Part shown: positions 63,133 to 64,000 of the stretch, piece after piece | How the letters are laid out: every line of letters begins with the position of its first letter | How positions within the stretch are numbered: position 1 is the first letter of the stretch | Assembly (NCBI GenBank): GCA_951406725.2 | Contig: OX597839.1 | Location: forward strand, 33,170,001 to 33,234,000 | Source: Octopus vulgaris | Taxonomy: Eukaryota | DNA: 64,000 bases | Direction: 5' to 3' | Made by a program: the position numbers and the translations under genes | Notes under the pieces: generated by a model | The model's database searches: none | Seen by the model: only the letters and a program-made list of their open reading frames with translations | What the model was told of the DNA's origin: nothing

Positions 63133-64000
63133 TTGGTATCAAAAAGTTCCAGGACTAGTTATGTTTAATAAAAAATAACTTATTTACCTAAATTTTAACC
63201 TCATCTCCTCCGAAATAGTCACCTTTCATAGCAATACACCAATCCAAGCATGCCTGCCACTTTTAGGATCTGGCATGGAAATCGTTTTCCATAATTGCAA
63301 CCTTCAGCAATTCCCTCTGGAGCTTTGACAATGGTGACCCTTAAGCTGCATTTCCATTTTGGGGAAGAGACAGAAGTTCACATGTGCTAAATCTGGTGAA
63401 TAGGTCGGGTGTGGAAATTGATACCTTGTTGCTTTTGGGCAAGAAACTCACAGGTGGGGAGAGCTCGCTAACAAAGTACCTTGTCGTTGTGAAGAATCCA
63501 ATTATTTGCACTGCACAGATTCCGTTGCTTTCTCCGAATGACCTCCTTCAAATGCTTCAAAATGTCGCAGTCGCACTCTCGATTGATGGTCTGTCCCTGG
63601 GGAGGAGGGGTGCGAATTCTCAATGCACCACATTTCTGGGAGTGATGCTTGTGGCAGGTCATAGACATTGCTCATCATCTTTCAGGGACGTTCTTCCACT
63701 TTTGAAGCACCCATGCCACTCGAAACCTTGTGCACTGTGCATTGCCTCATCACCGTGAGCTTTGCTGAAGCATGTTCGATGTCTCTGTAACAGACTTCCC
63801 AAGTTTAACTCAAAATTCCTCAATGGCTCCTTGTTCCTGTCCATGACAAAAATCACAGACTACAGCAGACACACCTGATCACAAAAACACAAATTTCACA
63901 ACTTGCACAGTAAACACAGCAATGTCACTCAGCACACTGTCTCACAAGGGTCACTGCTAGCTCTCACTGTGCACGCAACCATGTGCTGCCATCTGTTGGC
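63133..64000 (-). mobile_element. Mariner transposase relic
   Basis: GDEAM...FEWH..FKSGRTSLKDD, WILHND, PYSPDLA motifs; frameshifted. Confidence 0.8.

Overview
Eukaryotic, AT-rich and microsatellite- and SINE-dense DNA. The repeat landscape resembles a coleoid cephalopod, most likely Octopus (inferred). The window lies inside one plus-strand gene, an atypical protein kinase C (PKC iota/zeta type). It contains the pseudosubstrate, C1, hinge and kinase exons through alphaG (1164-36989). The PB1 exons lie upstream. I could not find the kinase C-terminal/AGC-tail exons in the remaining ~27 kb. Most notable: (i) three frame-preserving candidate microexons (33, 30 and 15 nt) in the hinge; (ii) an in-frame ATG-initiated 42-codon extension of the C1 exon that could give an isoform lacking PB1 and the pseudosubstrate (PKM-like); (iii) a candidate 60-nt cassette exon inside the kinase C-lobe; (iv) several minimal hammerhead-ribozyme motifs, a GIY-YIG relic and long palindromes that point to Penelope-like elements. 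The rest is SINEs, MITEs, Helitrons, Tc1/mariner relics, LINE tails and simple repeats. All splice calls are by eye, with no transcript data.
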